Assembly: GCA_036444275.1 (NCBI GenBank)
Contig: JAZGAD010000044.1
Location: forward strand, 1-26,018
DNA length: 26,018 bases
Origin: Candidatus Hydrothermarchaeales archaeon
Lineage (GTDB): Archaea > Hydrothermarchaeota > Hydrothermarchaeia > Hydrothermarchaeales > JAZGAD01
Reading direction: 5' to 3'
Both the position numbers and the translations under genes were made by a program. Numbering within the stretch: the stretch's first letter is position 1; every line of letters starts with the position of its first letter. This document shows positions 25,046-26,018 of this stretch, one piece after another. The notes below the pieces were generated by a model. The model ran no database searches and was not told where the DNA came from. It saw only the letters and a program-made list of their open reading frames with translations.

Positions 25046-25182
25046 GGTCTATATTGGACGTGTGAAATTAAATCCTTTTTGGTTTGGTTGATATGGCTAG
25101 CACTTAACTGTTGAGAACATTAATGTAAACCGCATGATTATCTACTAGATCATAAAGAGGATATCATGGATTGGTGGACAGC

Positions 25183-25299
25183 ATGAGTATATTTGACCTA
25201 TCAGTTATCTTAGCAATATACGGGGCGTTTATCGGATCCCTCTATTATCTCTTTTTAAACATTAAAAGAGCAGTCGGAAAACCAGAGGACAATAATTGA
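25183..25299 (+). CDS. Putative small single-pass membrane protein, 38 aa
   Basis: MSIFDLSVILAIYGAFIGSLYYLFLNIKRAVGKPEDNN: hydrophobic helix followed by KR; SD-like GGTGG 5 nt upstream. Confidence 0.5.
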   Translation: MSIFDLSVILAIYGAFIGSLYYLFLNIKRAVGKPEDNN

Positions 25300-25364
25300 A
25301 TACATTTCTAGCTTCATACCCATGCAACGAAAGAATGATTAATGCATAGAGCGACTACTCATTG

Positions 25365-26018
25365 ATGATACATCTCTCCTTCCATAAGGGCACGATTTTA
25401 GTCAAGGGCAACGTGAGACCTCCGAACACTGTTTGGGATCCTAGGGCGAATTGCTTCAGGGGCATGGCTCTATACTACCAAGACATACTGGATTACCTGA
25501 AGCGCTCTGGCATTGAATTTGTGGATGAAGTCATGGATACTGTGCTCTGCCCTGAACTCAAGGCTGATTTGAAGCTCAGAGATTACCAGGAGGATGCATT
25601 GAGCACTTGGTTCAGGTCCGGGAAGCGCGGCGTAATAGTACTTCCAACAGGCTCCGGAAAGACCGTTATTGGGATAGAGGCTATCTCCCTATGCAATGTC
25701 TCCAGCTTAGTAGTTGTGCCTACTCTTGATTTGATGGATCAGTGGAAACAGCGTTTGGAGAGTGAATTCAACGTAGAGGTTGGAAGCTACGGCGGCGGCT
25801 CCCATGAGCTCCAAGGGATAACTATGTCCACCTATGATACTGCTTATCTCCGAGCAGAAGAACTCGGTAATAAATTCGCTCTCATAATATTCGATGAAGT
25901 TCATCACCTGCCAGCGCCTGGGTATTCCAACATTGCGGAGATGTTTGCGTCGCCCTACCGCCTAGGTTTGACGGCCACCTACGAGAGGGAGGATGGACTG
26001 CACAAGGAGCTCCCTAGG
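25365..26018 (+). CDS. xpb: XPB/Rad25-type DNA repair helicase (SF2), 3' end truncated by the window edge
   Basis: Not in the ORF track. Manual translation gives MIHLSFHKGTILVKG..., LRDYQEDAL, LPTGSGKT, VVPTLDLMDQW, IFDEVHHLP, LGLTATYEREDG (RED motif), the layout of archaeal XPB. Confidence 0.93.
   Translation, partial: MIHLSFHKGTILVKGNVRPPNTVWDPRANCFRGMALYYQDILDYLKRSGIEFVDEVMDTVLCPELKADLKLRDYQEDALSTWFRSGKRGVIVLPTGSGKTVIGIEAISLCNVSSLVVVPTLDLMDQWKQRLESEFNVEVGSYGGGSHELQGITMSTYDTAYLRAEELGNKFALIIFDEVHHLPAPGYSNIAEMFASPYRLGLTATYEREDGLHKELPR

Overview
Archaeal chromosomal window with euryarchaeal / methanogen-like gene content: rpl7ae-rps28e-rpl24e-ndk, rpl10e, PINA next to hisI, XPB, and F420-, pterin- and corrinoid-related enzymes. 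A lineage such as Hydrothermarchaeota is only a guess. No mobile element, integrase or CRISPR array is visible. The left 8.1 kb is a tightly coupled minus-strand redox operon that runs off the window: an HdrD-like CCG protein, an FrhB/FpoF-like F420-binding subunit, a 996-aa HdrA with two FAD cores, a free MvhD, and an HdrA-MvhD fusion that is missing from the ORF track. This operon is the best candidate for an uncharacterised system, a putative F420H2-linked, multi-flavin electron-bifurcating complex. Related clusters are known, so its novelty is unproven. The rest is mostly housekeeping (serA, ychF, marC, pfkB kinase, DUF167, tRNA-Lys(CTT), pgsA, DHPS-like protein, MtaA-like methyltransferase) plus a membrane protein / large surface glycoprotein pair. 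Reading the sequence directly also showed two unannotated small ORFs, a K-loop that masks the L7Ae Shine-Dalgarno site, near-identical DNA patches shared by the two hdrA paralogues, and several palindromic or leaderless promoter layouts.
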